Below, piece by piece: positions 1-10,089 of a DNA stretch of 64,000 bases. The DNA lies in assembly GCA_963777505.1 (NCBI GenBank), contig CAVZQN010000001.1:544001-608000 (forward strand). The letters are read 5' to 3'. Every line of letters begins with the position of its first letter. Position 1 is the first letter of the stretch. This DNA comes from an uncultured bacterium (lineage in GTDB: Bacteria; Acidobacteriota; HRBIN11; JAKEFK01). The notes under the pieces are model-generated. The model was not told where the DNA came from. It ran no database searches and saw only the letters and a list, made by a program, of their open reading frames with translations. The position numbers and the translations under genes are program-made.

Positions 1-1052
1 AGCTCTTGCTGAACTTCTTCGACAGGAGCAGGTGGAGGAGGCGGCGGTTCGGGTAAACCGAATGGAGAATCTTCTTCCGATGCAGTAGTAGTCCATTGCG
101 CCGTCTCAGGTGACTCACCAAATACATCACCAAAAGGCTCATCTTCAGGAAGAATCACGGCTGGCTGCGGCATCGTATTTTGATCGTCGCGTGAAGCATC
201 AAATATAGGCTCACCTATAGGTTCACCACCTTGCGGCATAAGTAGTGCATCTCGATTAATGATCGTTGCATCCGAACTGTCGAATGTAAATTCAGGTTCT
301 TCGTGAGTTGTGAATGCAGGTTCATTAAATTCCATTTGTGGAGCTTCAGGTTGTTCTGAGGTCGATGGTACAAGATCATCTTCAAAAATCGGCTCATTCA
401 TTGGAGTAACCGAGTCGATATTTACTGTTTCTTGTTCTAAATCGGCTTCTGCTTCAAATGGTGGTGCTTCAGCAAACATATTGGCAGAAAAAATTGGAGG
501 TCCCGGTAGCATCATTGTCTTTTCAGTATCGTATGCTTCACCGCTGATTTCACTTATCGAACCTGTAATCGTATCCTCTTCAGGATGAAGGGATTCAGCA
601 AAAATATCCTGGGGTTTCGAAACGACTTCTTGTGTGCTTTGGATGGGCGGAGCAAAGATGCTCATCAAATCTTTTACTTTTGTTGTTAGAAGTTGAGGAT
701 CAAATGGTTTTGAAAGGAGGTCATTTGCACCGACTTCACGCACTTTTTCTTCAACAGCTTTAGCGCGTTCTTCATCCATCGTTTCATAAATGCCTGCAAG
801 TAAAATCACGGGTGTTTGTGCAAAACTTGCATATTCGGGATTTGTCCGCAAAATTTCACAAATCTCGTAACCGCTACGAACCGGAAGGCTTATATCTGCG
901 AGGATAATATCTGGGCGGATTTGAGGAATTGCCTCCAGAGCTGATTGCCCATCATTCACACATCTTATTTCATATTGATCATCAGAAAATGTGAGCTCCA
1001 CAATTTTCTGAATAGTGATGCTTTTATCAGCAAGTAAGATCGTGTTCCCCAT
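1..1052 (-). CDS. RomR-like response regulator (N-terminal REC domain plus long Pro/Glu-rich low-complexity region); 3' end outside the window
   Basis: Absent from the ORF track because it has no stop in the window. Manual translation from ATG at 1052 (RBS GAGGAGG upstream) gives MGNTILLADKSITIQKIVELTFSDDQYEIRCVNDGQSALEAIPQIRPDIILADISLPVRSGYEICEIL...PVILLAGIYETMDEERAK...LLSKPFDPQLL. The same frame reads ...EPPPPPPAPVEEVQQE at the window edge and was open in the segments I checked. Confidence 0.85.
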   Translation of the reverse strand, partial: MGNTILLADKSITIQKIVELTFSDDQYEIRCVNDGQSALEAIPQIRPDIILADISLPVRSGYEICEILRTNPEYASFAQTPVILLAGIYETMDEERAKAVEEKVREVGANDLLSKPFDPQLLTTKVKDLMSIFAPPIQSTQEVVSKPQDIFAESLHPEEDTITGSISEISGEAYDTEKTMMLPGPPIFSANMFAEAPPFEAEADLEQETVNIDSVTPMNEPIFEDDLVPSTSEQPEAPQMEFNEPAFTTHEEPEFTFDSSDATIINRDALLMPQGGEPIGEPIFDASRDDQNTMPQPAVILPEDEPFGDVFGESPETAQWTTTASEEDSPFGLPEPPPPPPAPVEEVQQE

Positions 1053-1188
1053 ATATTGGCCTCCTCAGACCGAGCCCTCTTTTTCCTTATTCTAAAGTAT
1101 CTTAGACCGTTCCTCAATGGCCTTTTTTAGCTTCGAGTATAGAAAAGCGTCTTCAGCCCAATATTTTCGGCTTTCTCGTCGTTAAAAG

Positions 1189-2586
1189 TTACCCCTTTGT
1201 CATGACCAGACGAGGTTCAGCCGGGTAGCGGATATTATACCGTTTCATCATTTCATTGAGTGTTGTAGGTTTGATCCGCAGAAGTTTGGCAGCTTCCTTT
1301 TGCACTCCATCCGATTTTTGCAAAGCGTCCATAATCAATACCTTGCGATAGTGATCCACTTTATCTTTGAATGGAAGATTGCCATCAGTAACCATGAAAG
1401 TCTTCGCCCGTTCACGAATGATGTCTGGAAGTAGATCGGCTGTAACTGAATCCCCTCTGCAAAGTACGACAGCGCGCTCAATCACGTTTTCGAGTTCGCG
1501 CACATTTCCTGGCCATGAATAGTCCATCAACGCATTTAAGGCTTGCGGAGTTAAATGCAGTGACGGTTTTTCATTTTCTTTGCAATACTTTTGAATAAAG
1601 AAATCTGCGAGAAGAGGAACATCTTCCATGCGCTCCCGCAATGCGGGTAAATGAATACTGATTACATTTAAACGGTAATATAAATCTTCGCGGAATCTTC
1701 CTTCCTTCGTCAGCGCAAACAGATCGCTGTTGGTTGCAGCAATAATTCTGACATCAACATGCATCGTATCAACGCCGCCCACACGCATAAATTCCTTTTC
1801 CTGGATTACACGAAGCAGTTTGGCCTGAGTATCAAGATTGATATTTCCAATTTCATCGAAAAAGATGCTGCCGCCATCTGCAACTTCAAACAAGCCTTTC
1901 TTCGCTGCGATGGCGCCTGTAAATGACCCTTTTAAATGTCCGAATAGATTGCTTTCCAAAAGGTCCGGCGGCAAACTGCCAGAGTTCACAACAACAAATT
2001 GTTTTCCTGCGCGCGTTGAGTGGAAATGAATAGCCTTTGCGATTAATTCTTTACCGGTTCCGCTTTCACCTGTAATCATAATTGTGCTGCGACTTGGCGC
2101 GACCTGCGAAACAAGGTCGAATACTTTTCGCATTTGTTCACTGTGGCCGACAATATTTTCAAAACCATAAATCCCTTTTAGCTGAGATTTCAGGTTTTTG
2201 TTTTCACGGAGCAGCAAACGCTGTTTTATAGCTTTTTGAACGGACAGCATTACAGCATCATTCTTGAAAGGCTTTGTAATGTAATCAAACGCACCTTGCT
2301 TCATGCATTCAATTGCATTTTCAAGCGAAGCGTAAGCCGTCACCATAATAACGGGAATGTCTGGATCACTTTTTCGGAGTTCTTGAAGCGTGCCTAGACC
2401 GCCGATGCCATTCATCATCACATCGAGAATTACGGCATCATATTCGCGGTCACGTGCCATCCGAAGGCCTTCCTCACCGGAAGGACTGAAGTCTGCTAAA
2501 TACCCTTCTGACTTCAGTAAATGTTGAAAAATTTCACGGACCACGTCTTCATCATCAATCACCAGAATACGCTCTAGACTGCTCAT
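1189..2586 (-). CDS. NtrC/AtoC-family sigma54-dependent response regulator (REC-AAA+-HTH)
   Basis: REC (VIDDE, ILDVMM, ITKPF), Walker A GESGTGKE, GSFTGA loop, FFDEIG, WPGNVRELEN, C-terminal Fis-type HTH. Confidence 0.95.
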   Translation of the reverse strand: MSSLERILVIDDEDVVREIFQHLLKSEGYLADFSPSGEEGLRMARDREYDAVILDVMMNGIGGLGTLQELRKSDPDIPVIMVTAYASLENAIECMKQGAFDYITKPFKNDAVMLSVQKAIKQRLLLRENKNLKSQLKGIYGFENIVGHSEQMRKVFDLVSQVAPSRSTIMITGESGTGKELIAKAIHFHSTRAGKQFVVVNSGSLPPDLLESNLFGHLKGSFTGAIAAKKGLFEVADGGSIFFDEIGNINLDTQAKLLRVIQEKEFMRVGGVDTMHVDVRIIAATNSDLFALTKEGRFREDLYYRLNVISIHLPALRERMEDVPLLADFFIQKYCKENEKPSLHLTPQALNALMDYSWPGNVRELENVIERAVVLCRGDSVTADLLPDIIRERAKTFMVTDGNLPFKDKVDHYRKVLIMDALQKSDGVQKEAAKLLRIKPTTLNEMMKRYNIRYPAEPRLVMTKG

Positions 2587-5406
2587 GTACTTCCCTCTTC
2601 ATCGGTAGCTTGATTTGAAAATGTGTCCCCTTACCCTCTTCTGAAAAAACGTCGATCGAACCTTTATGTTCCTGAATAATCGTGTACGTTATTGCAAGAC
2701 CAAGCCCTGTTCCTTTTAATGACTTCTTAGAAAAGAAGGGCTCATAAATGTGCTTCAGTGTCTTTTCATCCATTCCAATGCCCGTATCAACTATGTTGAT
2801 AACAACTTGTCCATCTTCCGTTTCAGTTCGAACCAACAACCGTCCACCGCCATTCATCGCATCTCTTGCATTCAAAAATAAATTGGTGAATACCTGCTGC
2901 AGTTTTCCTTCGTTCCCTGAAACTTTGGGATTTAACGGATCCCATTCTTGAACGATTTCAACGGGCGAGTCTTTGAAATGGGGCTGTAAAAGTACAAGGG
3001 TTTCATTCAACAATTCATTGATATCAATATTCTCTACGGCTGCAGGTTGTTCGCGAGAGAGATCGAGCAATGTATTAATAATTTTTGAAGCACGAAATGT
3101 TTGTTGCTCGATTTTCTGTAGAATTTCTTTTGTTTCAGGTTGAAGCATTCTATTTTCAAGCATCTGTGTATAACTTGAAATACCTGTCAATGGAGTATTC
3201 ACTTCATGGGCGACACCGGCCGCAAGAAGTCCAAGCGCAGAAAGTTTTTCGGATTGCGTAAGCTGTTCTTCCAATTTCGCCTGATGAGTTACATCATCCA
3301 GAATTAGAATTGTTCCGTATTCAACATCCGATTCGTTGATTAGTGGAACAAACGAAAGGTTCATAACTGCATCCTGGCCTTTGAAATTTTCAGCCATGGT
3401 TTTGTAGAAACGGGCGCCTTCGAGTTTCTTACGCGAACTTTTCAAATTGTAATTTTTGTATCGGTCCACAATTTCCTGCGGAAAAATCTCTTCCAACTTA
3501 TGACCAAGAATTGAAACACGGTTCATACCAAGGAATGATTCCAGCGACTGATTGCACGCAACAACCTTTCCATTTTCATCTAATGTACAGATTCCAACAT
3601 TAAGGCTAAGTAAAATATTTTCGTTAAAATTCTTCACACGCTCCAGTTCATCTGCCTTGTTCTTTAGGGTAAAGAAGAGCCTGTGGTTCTCAATAACGAT
3701 AGCAAGCTGATTTGCGACGGTAACAAGCAGATCGAGATCTTCGCTTGAAAGGTAGTCCCCTTTTTCTTTTTTGGAAACAGCGACGATGGCAACGATATTA
3801 TGCTTGAATCTGCAGGGGATAAAGTAATTCAGATTCAATTTACGAAGGATTTCTTCATCTTCAAGAAGCTCGGCATCAATATTGAAGTACGTATCCACAA
3901 AGATAAATGGATCTGTGGAAAGTGCTGTTAAAAATCCGAGGCCTGGATTGATCGCGACATTCTGGATCTGTTGATGATTCAAACCGGTTTAAGCCCGTTT
4001 TCAGCAATAGATCCGCACGTTCGCTTTTGAAGGTTGAAACCAGGTGTTTGATCAGGGAACCGGAGAGTTGTTCAATGTCGAGAGAAGATGTCATTTCCCG
4101 GCTGAACTGAATTAGTGTGCGTCTGTAATCATAACTATCTTTGTAATACACACGATCTACAAGTGACCGGACACGATCTCGTAACGGTTGGAACAACAGT
4201 GCTGCAAGCAATGTTGTCAACGATGCGATTGCTACGGTAGTAAATCGTGTCGCATCGGGCATCAGGAATTTCACAGTAGAAACTGTGAGCATGAGATACA
4301 TGATGAAAAGTACGAGGGTGGTGAGGGTATAAATCATTCCCCGCTTGATGATGATATCGACATCCATCAGGCGGTATTTAAACAATGCATACGTCAAAGA
4401 AAGGGGAATCAGAATCTGCGGCATTAACGCAGCCTCAAGGGCTTGATTCGGAACACGAACAACGAGCGAGAACAGCCACAGAGTGCAGAATGGGGCAAAT
4501 CCCGCAACGATACCCGCCAGCACAAGCTTTAATTGCTTTCTCTGGATGACATCTTCAGATTTTGCATAGGAATAAATCAAAACAACGATTCCAGCGAAAA
4601 GGCCGACAAACAGGTAGAAAAGCTCAAAGTTTTCGAACGCTAGATAACCTTCGATACTTGTAACATAAGGGCTTGAAGGTTTTAAGAAATAAAACAATGT
4701 AAAAAGAATCCGGGCGCTGATAAACGTAATCGACGGTAGATAAAGAAAAAACAATCGATCTTTTGGGATCCCTTGTCTTTGACCCGGAAAATAAAATGCA
4801 AAGTGCAAAAACAGAGGCGGAAGTAACAGAAGAAAAACTTCATCAGCCCAGAAAAAGACCCAATCCAGCAGATCGAGCCGGCGAGTGAACGAGAAAACAT
4901 ATGCGCCGAAAAATGCAAGACAAAGTAAGAAAAAGTGTAATGCAAACGAACGGCTATGACTCTTTAAGAATGCGAATAGCCCTATGGCCAAAATGACAAA
5001 ACCAACTGAGGCAAGATAAAAATAAAAGCTATTTGTGCGGGGTTTTGGCGTTACTCAAAACGACAAACGATTCATCACCACGAACCAGGTCGTATTGAAG
5101 TGGCCTGTTGGCGGCCATTTCTTTTTCTGCAATCGCTCCGACATCCTGCGGAATTCGGACTTTTCGAAGATTGATTGCAGAGATCTGATCCCCTTTTTGA
5201 ATTCCAGAGTCGTCACCGGCGGAACCAGAAGCAATAGTGTCAGCAACAACGACACCCCGGAAGAAAATCCATTTCACTCCATCGGTAACAGGTTTAGAGT
5301 TCCATTGAGCAGCAAAGTTCATTGCACCCAGAGTTGCAATGGCAAGCGTAAAAATTAAGATCAAAACTTTTACGCTTTTGGTATGTTGCCCTAAACTCTC
5401 TTTCAA
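2555..5406 (-). CDS. Membrane sensor histidine kinase (PDZ - multi-TM - GAF - PAS - HisKA - HATPase), split by two apparent frameshifts near 5055 and 3960-3985
   Basis: ORFs 5029-5436 (TM plus PDZ, SAGDDSGIQKGDQISAIN), 3876-4991 (multi-TM, ...RVRSLVDRVYYKDSYDYRRTL) and 2555-3982 (GAF, PAS, H-box AHEVNTPL, N-box NARDAM, G-boxes) read as one protein. The alternative frame across 5055 gives VTPKPRTNSFYFYLASVGFVILAIGLF. Likely start is TTG 5406 after GAGGAG. Confidence 0.8.
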
Positions 5407-5431
5407 CAGAAAAATCTCCTCACCTCCAGCC

Positions 5432-5447
5432 TGCAAAGCTTATGCCT
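5432..5447 (-). promoter_or_regulatory. sigma54 (-24/-12) promoter of the kinase/activator operon
   Basis: Minus strand AGGCATAAGCTTTGCA is GG-N10-GC with TTGCA at -12, about 25 nt upstream of the likely start codon. Confidence 0.7.
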
Positions 5448-5473
5448 TCAAAGCACTATATTGCCTTTTCTGC

Positions 5474-5486
5474 TAAGTTACTGATT
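5474..5486 (-). promoter_or_regulatory. IHF-binding site
   Basis: Minus strand AATCAGTAACTTA matches WATCARNNNNTTR and lies between the sigma54 box and the upstream palindromes. Confidence 0.6.
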
Positions 5487-5506
5487 TAGTTGATGATAAC
5501 ATATCT

Positions 5507-5578
5507 ATTCAAAATTTTGTATACTCGATTGATTCAAAATATTGAATAATTCAAGAAATTCGATTCAGAGAATTGTAT
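5507..5578. promoter_or_regulatory. Four imperfect palindromes ATTCAA-N4-TTGWAT, candidate upstream activator sites
   Basis: 5507 ATTCAAAATTTTGTAT; 5532 ATTCAAAATATTGAAT; 5549 ATTCAAGAAATTCGAT; 5563 ATTCAGAGAATTGTAT. Confidence 0.55.
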
Positions 5579-5623
5579 GCGTGTAAATCGTTGAGAAAGA
5601 AGAGTTACAGGAATTGAGGGGGA

Positions 5624-7378
5624 TTAAAACTCGATCAGAACTCCGCCGGCGATTACACGAGGCATATCATACTGAAGGGCGCGATAATAGTCTGCATTTT
5701 GGCTCGAATCCTGTGTTTGATCCAGAACATTTTGAATAGCAACAAGCAGTTTTAAATCCGATTCTGAAAAAAGTCCAACTGGAATTCCTTGATACACTTC
5801 CACATCCAATGCCGACAGCGGACTACTTGAATCCTTCCGACCGAAAACGATCGGGCTACCAGAGCTCCACTTCCAATTTGCTGCCACTTGAGTCTGGGTT
5901 TGTTGAATATCTGCTCTTATTCCTGCGGTTACATCGTGGAAGCCTTCCGTTTTTTCACCACGCCTGAAATACATTTGATGGGCCGAGAATGTTCCCTTTT
6001 CGACAATGTACATCGGAACTGTCTCGGTAATGTTGTAACTGGCACTGGCTGTGAGCAGATCAGAAATCCGCTTTTCAAACTGCGCTTCGACACCATGCGA
6101 TTCTTGATCCTGTGCGTTAAAAATTACAAATGGACGCAACGTTTGTAGTTGCATACTGACAGGAGTATTGCGAACATCCACTGTTGCAATTTTGTCTTCG
6201 ACATTTTCATATGTATACATAACCGCAAATCGATAACCATCTTGCGCATAATTGACACCAGATTCAAATCCCTCAACGATTTCAGGGACAAGGGTGGTGC
6301 CGTAGGGTACGAATGCAATTTCATGAACGTATGATTGTAAACCTTCGGACTTTGGTGAAATGTTTCCTGGAGCTAAGGCATTCCTGAAGTATGCTCCGTG
6401 TAAAGCGAGTCCAGGTGCTATCTCCAATGAAGCTCCAACACGTGGTGAATATTGCACTGCGTCGCGTAAATAACCGTAATAATCGATCCGAACCCCATAG
6501 GCAATGTTCAACTCATCCAGAACTGGCCAGTTGTCCTGCATGTCGATGGACGTAATCCAACGGGTATCTGCAATTGATTCTTCTGGAGACTCGACGAAAC
6601 GAGCAATTCTCTGACGTGTTAATAGCTCTGGATACTGTGCGAAAACAAGATCGTTGGTTGTGAACTTTACGTCAAGATTATGATTGAAGAGTTCATAATC
6701 CATTCCACCATGTGCAAAATAACTGGTATGAAAACCATCGAGATAATTACCATTAAAGAACCAGCTTACTGAATCGTCTAAATGTCCTTGCACAGCAACT
6801 TTTGCCAGCTGATGAGTCATCATATTTTCTTCAAATCCGCCGCCGCCGACACTTAAATATGAAACTGCGCCTTCAATACCATTTGCCATCTGGAAATTAC
6901 GGAGAGCAGCGATTAAACCATCTTCGTTGGCTGAGGGTTGATCAAGTCCGACATCATTGCGGAGTGGATTTCTTTCCGCCATCCGGATCGTCCACTTAAA
7001 TCGCTCCCAACCGTTATGTTCTTTTTCTTCCGCACTGCTGACCAGTGGACGTATATCAATGAAAGTCGGCGAACCTGTTGCGACCTGTACACGCTTAAAC
7101 AGGCCCTTCATCGTGCCAGCGTCTACGGTAATCAGATATAGACCAGGTAATAAATTCGACAAAAGGAATTTCCCTTCCTTTCCTGTGATTGTGCGTGCGA
7201 CTTCTTGCAGACGAATAGAATCTACGAGGCGAACCGTTACGCCTTCACTGGCAATTGTTTTGCCACCGGTAAAAGTACCAACGATACTAGACTTAAGGTC
7301 TAGCTCTTCTCCGGTCACAAATTGTGCCGATGCGAAAAGCATAACCAGAACTGTTGTAAGTGCGATCCTGCGACTCAT
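5624..7378 (-). CDS. Outer-membrane beta-barrel (TonB-dependent-receptor-like) with N-terminal carboxypeptidase-regulatory-like domain
   Basis: Signal peptide, GKFLLSNLLPGLYLITV domain signature, amphipathic beta strands, C-terminal Phe (GVLIEF). Confidence 0.7.
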   Translation of the reverse strand: MSRRIALTTVLVMLFASAQFVTGEELDLKSSIVGTFTGGKTIASEGVTVRLVDSIRLQEVARTITGKEGKFLLSNLLPGLYLITVDAGTMKGLFKRVQVATGSPTFIDIRPLVSSAEEKEHNGWERFKWTIRMAERNPLRNDVGLDQPSANEDGLIAALRNFQMANGIEGAVSYLSVGGGGFEENMMTHQLAKVAVQGHLDDSVSWFFNGNYLDGFHTSYFAHGGMDYELFNHNLDVKFTTNDLVFAQYPELLTRQRIARFVESPEESIADTRWITSIDMQDNWPVLDELNIAYGVRIDYYGYLRDAVQYSPRVGASLEIAPGLALHGAYFRNALAPGNISPKSEGLQSYVHEIAFVPYGTTLVPEIVEGFESGVNYAQDGYRFAVMYTYENVEDKIATVDVRNTPVSMQLQTLRPFVIFNAQDQESHGVEAQFEKRISDLLTASASYNITETVPMYIVEKGTFSAHQMYFRRGEKTEGFHDVTAGIRADIQQTQTQVAANWKWSSGSPIVFGRKDSSSPLSALDVEVYQGIPVGLFSESDLKLLVAIQNVLDQTQDSSQNADYYRALQYDMPRVIAGGVLIEF

Positions 7379-7405
7379 CAAAGCTAATAACTCAGATAGA
7401 ATTAT

Positions 7406-8066
7406 ATGTGGAGTATGAAAAGAGTGTCAAGCAAAGGTGACGCAATTCTCGTCTTTAGCAAGGGCTTAGATCCCATTAATGTAAAGACCCGCCTTCACCC
7501 TTTTGTGACACCCCAACAACGTTTTGAGCTTCACTTAGCATTTTTAAAAGATACTCTTGAAAAAATAAAGCATCTTTCCGCTGCTGGCTACCTTTTTGTT
7601 GCTGGCAGCGCTGATTTCCCATTTCAATGTGATTTGCCGACCTTTGTTCAAGAAGGAAACGATCTTGGTTCGAGATTGGCAAATGCTTTTGATTTCGTAT
7701 TGAGTCAACACAAGCGTGCGATTGTGATCGGAACAGATTCTCCTGACCTTCCTGTCGAACGTATTCAACATGCCTTTACAAAATTAAGCGATGCAGACGT
7801 AGTTTTAGGACCCGACTGATGATGGCGGTTATTACCTTTTAGGATTATCACGATTGTTGCCCGAACTTTTTGAAAACATTTCTTGGGGAACGGACAAAGT
7901 TCTGCAACAAACTTTGCAACATGCGGGAAATTTCAAAGTAAATTTGCTTGAATCACATTACGATGTTGATGTAATTGAAGATTTATTACGGCTAAAACAA
8001 AATCTGGAATCAAATGAAAAAATTGCGCCACACACAAAACTTTGGTTCACCAAAAATAAAATATGA
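7406..8066 (+). CDS. TIGR04282/DUF2064 (CofC-like) family glycosyl/nucleotidyltransferase, frameshifted near 7812
   Basis: VKTRL, QEGNDLGSRL, IGTDSPDL. GGACCCGACTGATGATGGCGGTTATTAC reads GPTDDGGYY if one C is removed. The downstream frame has ISWGT and YDVDVIEDL. Confidence 0.8.
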
Positions 8067-8139
8067 AAAATCAAAGATAAAAAATAAACTCAAAAAAGCC
8101 CTATATTTTTGATTTTTGATTTTTAATTTTTGATTTTTT
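8051..8139. repeat. Inverted pair of degenerate 7-nt tandem arrays, (CAAAAAT)x5 and (ATTTTTG)x5, between convergent genes
   Basis: 8051-8085 caaaaat aaaatat gaaaaat caaagat aaaaaat; 8105-8139 atttttg atttttg attttta atttttg atttttt. Confidence 0.7.
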
Positions 8140-9100
8140 AGACTAGGTGGCACGCAGCGAAATGACCGGGAGTCACTTCACGTAATGCCGGCTCATCTAC
8201 TTTGCAGCGATCTACCGCAATCGTACATCTTGGATGAAAGCGGCATCCACCTGGAGGCTTAATGGGTGTCGGTATCTCGCCTTTCAAATTTTCCCTTTTC
8301 TTTCTTATTCTTGGATCAGGAACAGGTATCGATGCAAGAAGCACTTTTGAATACGGATGTAACGGATTGGCAAACAGTTCTTGACTTGATGCAAGTTCGA
8401 CAATTTTTCCAAGGTACATAACCGCAATCCGGTCGCAAAAATATTGAACGACGCTCAAATCATGCGCAATAAACAGAAATGCTAAATTCAGCTTTTGCTG
8501 AAGATCCTTTAACAAGTTCAAAATTTGTGCTTGTACAGAAACATCAAGGGCCGAGACCGGCTCATCTGCAACGATCAGTTTTGGCTGAAGAGCCAGTGCG
8601 CGAGCGATACCGATCCTTTGTCTTTGACCTCCGCTGAACTCATGCGGATACCGGTTCAACAACGCGGGATCAAGACCAACCATGCGCAACAATTCTGAAA
8701 CACGTTCTAATCGTTCTTTTTTATTTCCAACGCGATGGATGATCAGGGGTTCTTCTAGAATTCGGCGGATAGACATTCGCGGATTCAAGGAGGCATAAGG
8801 ATCTTGAAAAATCATTTGCATGTAACGTCGCATCAGCCGTAACTCTTCTTTATCAAGGTTGATAAGATCTTTGCCGTCAAACCAGATTTCGCCCAGGGTT
8901 GTATCAATTAATCTTAAGATGCAACGGCCTGCTGTAGTTTTGCCGCAGCCCGATTCGCCAACTAAACCAAACGTTTCTCCAGGCGCAAGAGCAAATGAAA
9001 TTCCATCAACTGCTTTTACAAGATGGTGAGTTCTTGAAAAAATTCCGCGCGAAACTGAATAGTGCTTCGTTAAATTTTTTACCTCTAGCAAACTGTTCAT
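8138..9100 (-). CDS. oppF: Oligo/dipeptide ABC transporter ATP-binding subunit (OppF/DppF)
   Basis: [29 protein letters not shown]-terminal GCRFHPRC...ACH; start adjusted to ATG 9100 ([10 protein letters not shown]). Confidence 0.92.
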   Translation of the reverse strand: MNSLLEVKNLTKHYSVSRGIFSRTHHLVKAVDGISFALAPGETFGLVGESGCGKTTAGRCILRLIDTTLGEIWFDGKDLINLDKEELRLMRRYMQMIFQDPYASLNPRMSIRRILEEPLIIHRVGNKKERLERVSELLRMVGLDPALLNRYPHEFSGGQRQRIGIARALALQPKLIVADEPVSALDVSVQAQILNLLKDLQQKLNLAFLFIAHDLSVVQYFCDRIAVMYLGKIVELASSQELFANPLHPYSKVLLASIPVPDPRIRKKRENLKGEIPTPIKPPGGCRFHPRCTIAVDRCKVDEPALREVTPGHFAACHLV

Positions 9101-9117
9101 CTCTGTGTCTTTGCAGT

Positions 9118-10089
9118 TCAAAATTTGTAGCAATTTACACGGTGTGAAGGATTGATCCAAACTGTTTCGGGATATTGTTCCAAACAGCGATCCATTCTTT
9201 CGCCACACCGATCGTAAAATGCACATCCTGGAAGAAGTTTTGACAAATCAGGGACCGTACCTTCAATCGCTTTTAATCGGTTCCGTTTTTCTCCACTTCC
9301 TTCAATTTTCGGAATAGAATCCAGTAATCCGACTGTATATGGATGGCGTGGCTCTTCAAAAATTTCCAGCACTGGCGCTTCTTCTACAATTTTCCCTGCA
9401 TACATAACAAGGACTCGATCTGCAATTTCAGCGACTACTCCGAGCGCGTGTGTGATCAACAGGATTGAAAGTCCATATTCAAGCCTCAGCTGATCCAGGA
9501 GTTCAAGAATTTGCGCCTGAATCGTGACATCCAATGCTGTTGTAGGTTCATCGGCAATCACAAGAGCCGGACGACACGCGATTGCCATTGCAATCATGAC
9601 ACGCTGTCTCTGACCTCCGCTAAGTTGATGCGGATAATCTTTAATCCGTTGGGCAGGATCTGGAATTCTTACAGCTTGAAATAATCGGACGGTCTCTGTG
9701 CGTGCTTCCTTTCGCGACATTCCTTTGTGAAGAATGAGACTCTCTGCCACCTGATTTCCAACTGTCATTACCGGATTTAGCGAAGTCATTGGTTCTTGAA
9801 AAATCATCGAAATCTGATTTCCCCTGATGCTTTGCATTTCAGTTTCGGTGTAATGCAGCAAGTCTTTGCCGCGAAAAATGATTTCGCCTGAAACGATTTT
9901 TGCGGAGGATGAAAGAAGCCTCATCACGCTTAAGGCTGTCACACTTTTGCCGCAGCCCGATTCTCCAACCATTCCCAATATTTCGCCGGGATGGATCGAA
10001 AAAGAAATGCCGTCGACTGCGCGAACGGTCCCCTCATCAGTATAAAATTTTGTTCTTAAATTTCGGACTTCGAGCAGTGCTTCCGTCAT
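9118..10089 (-). CDS. oppD: Oligo/dipeptide ABC transporter ATP-binding subunit (OppD/DppD)
   Basis: [44 protein letters not shown], Cys-rich C-terminus. Confidence 0.93.
   Translation of the reverse strand: MTEALLEVRNLRTKFYTDEGTVRAVDGISFSIHPGEILGMVGESGCGKSVTALSVMRLLSSSAKIVSGEIIFRGKDLLHYTETEMQSIRGNQISMIFQEPMTSLNPVMTVGNQVAESLILHKGMSRKEARTETVRLFQAVRIPDPAQRIKDYPHQLSGGQRQRVMIAMAIACRPALVIADEPTTALDVTIQAQILELLDQLRLEYGLSILLITHALGVVAEIADRVLVMYAGKIVEEAPVLEIFEEPRHPYTVGLLDSIPKIEGSGEKRNRLKAIEGTVPDLSKLLPGCAFYDRCGERMDRCLEQYPETVWINPSHRVNCYKF

Noticed and set aside
215-588. ORFs 215-397 (-) and 310-588 (+)
   Set aside because: Shadow frames inside the RomR-like CDS
1900-1960. GSFTGA instead of GAFTGA in the sigma54 activator
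   Set aside because: This is a common variant that keeps the critical Phe-Thr, so it is not evidence of sigma54 independence
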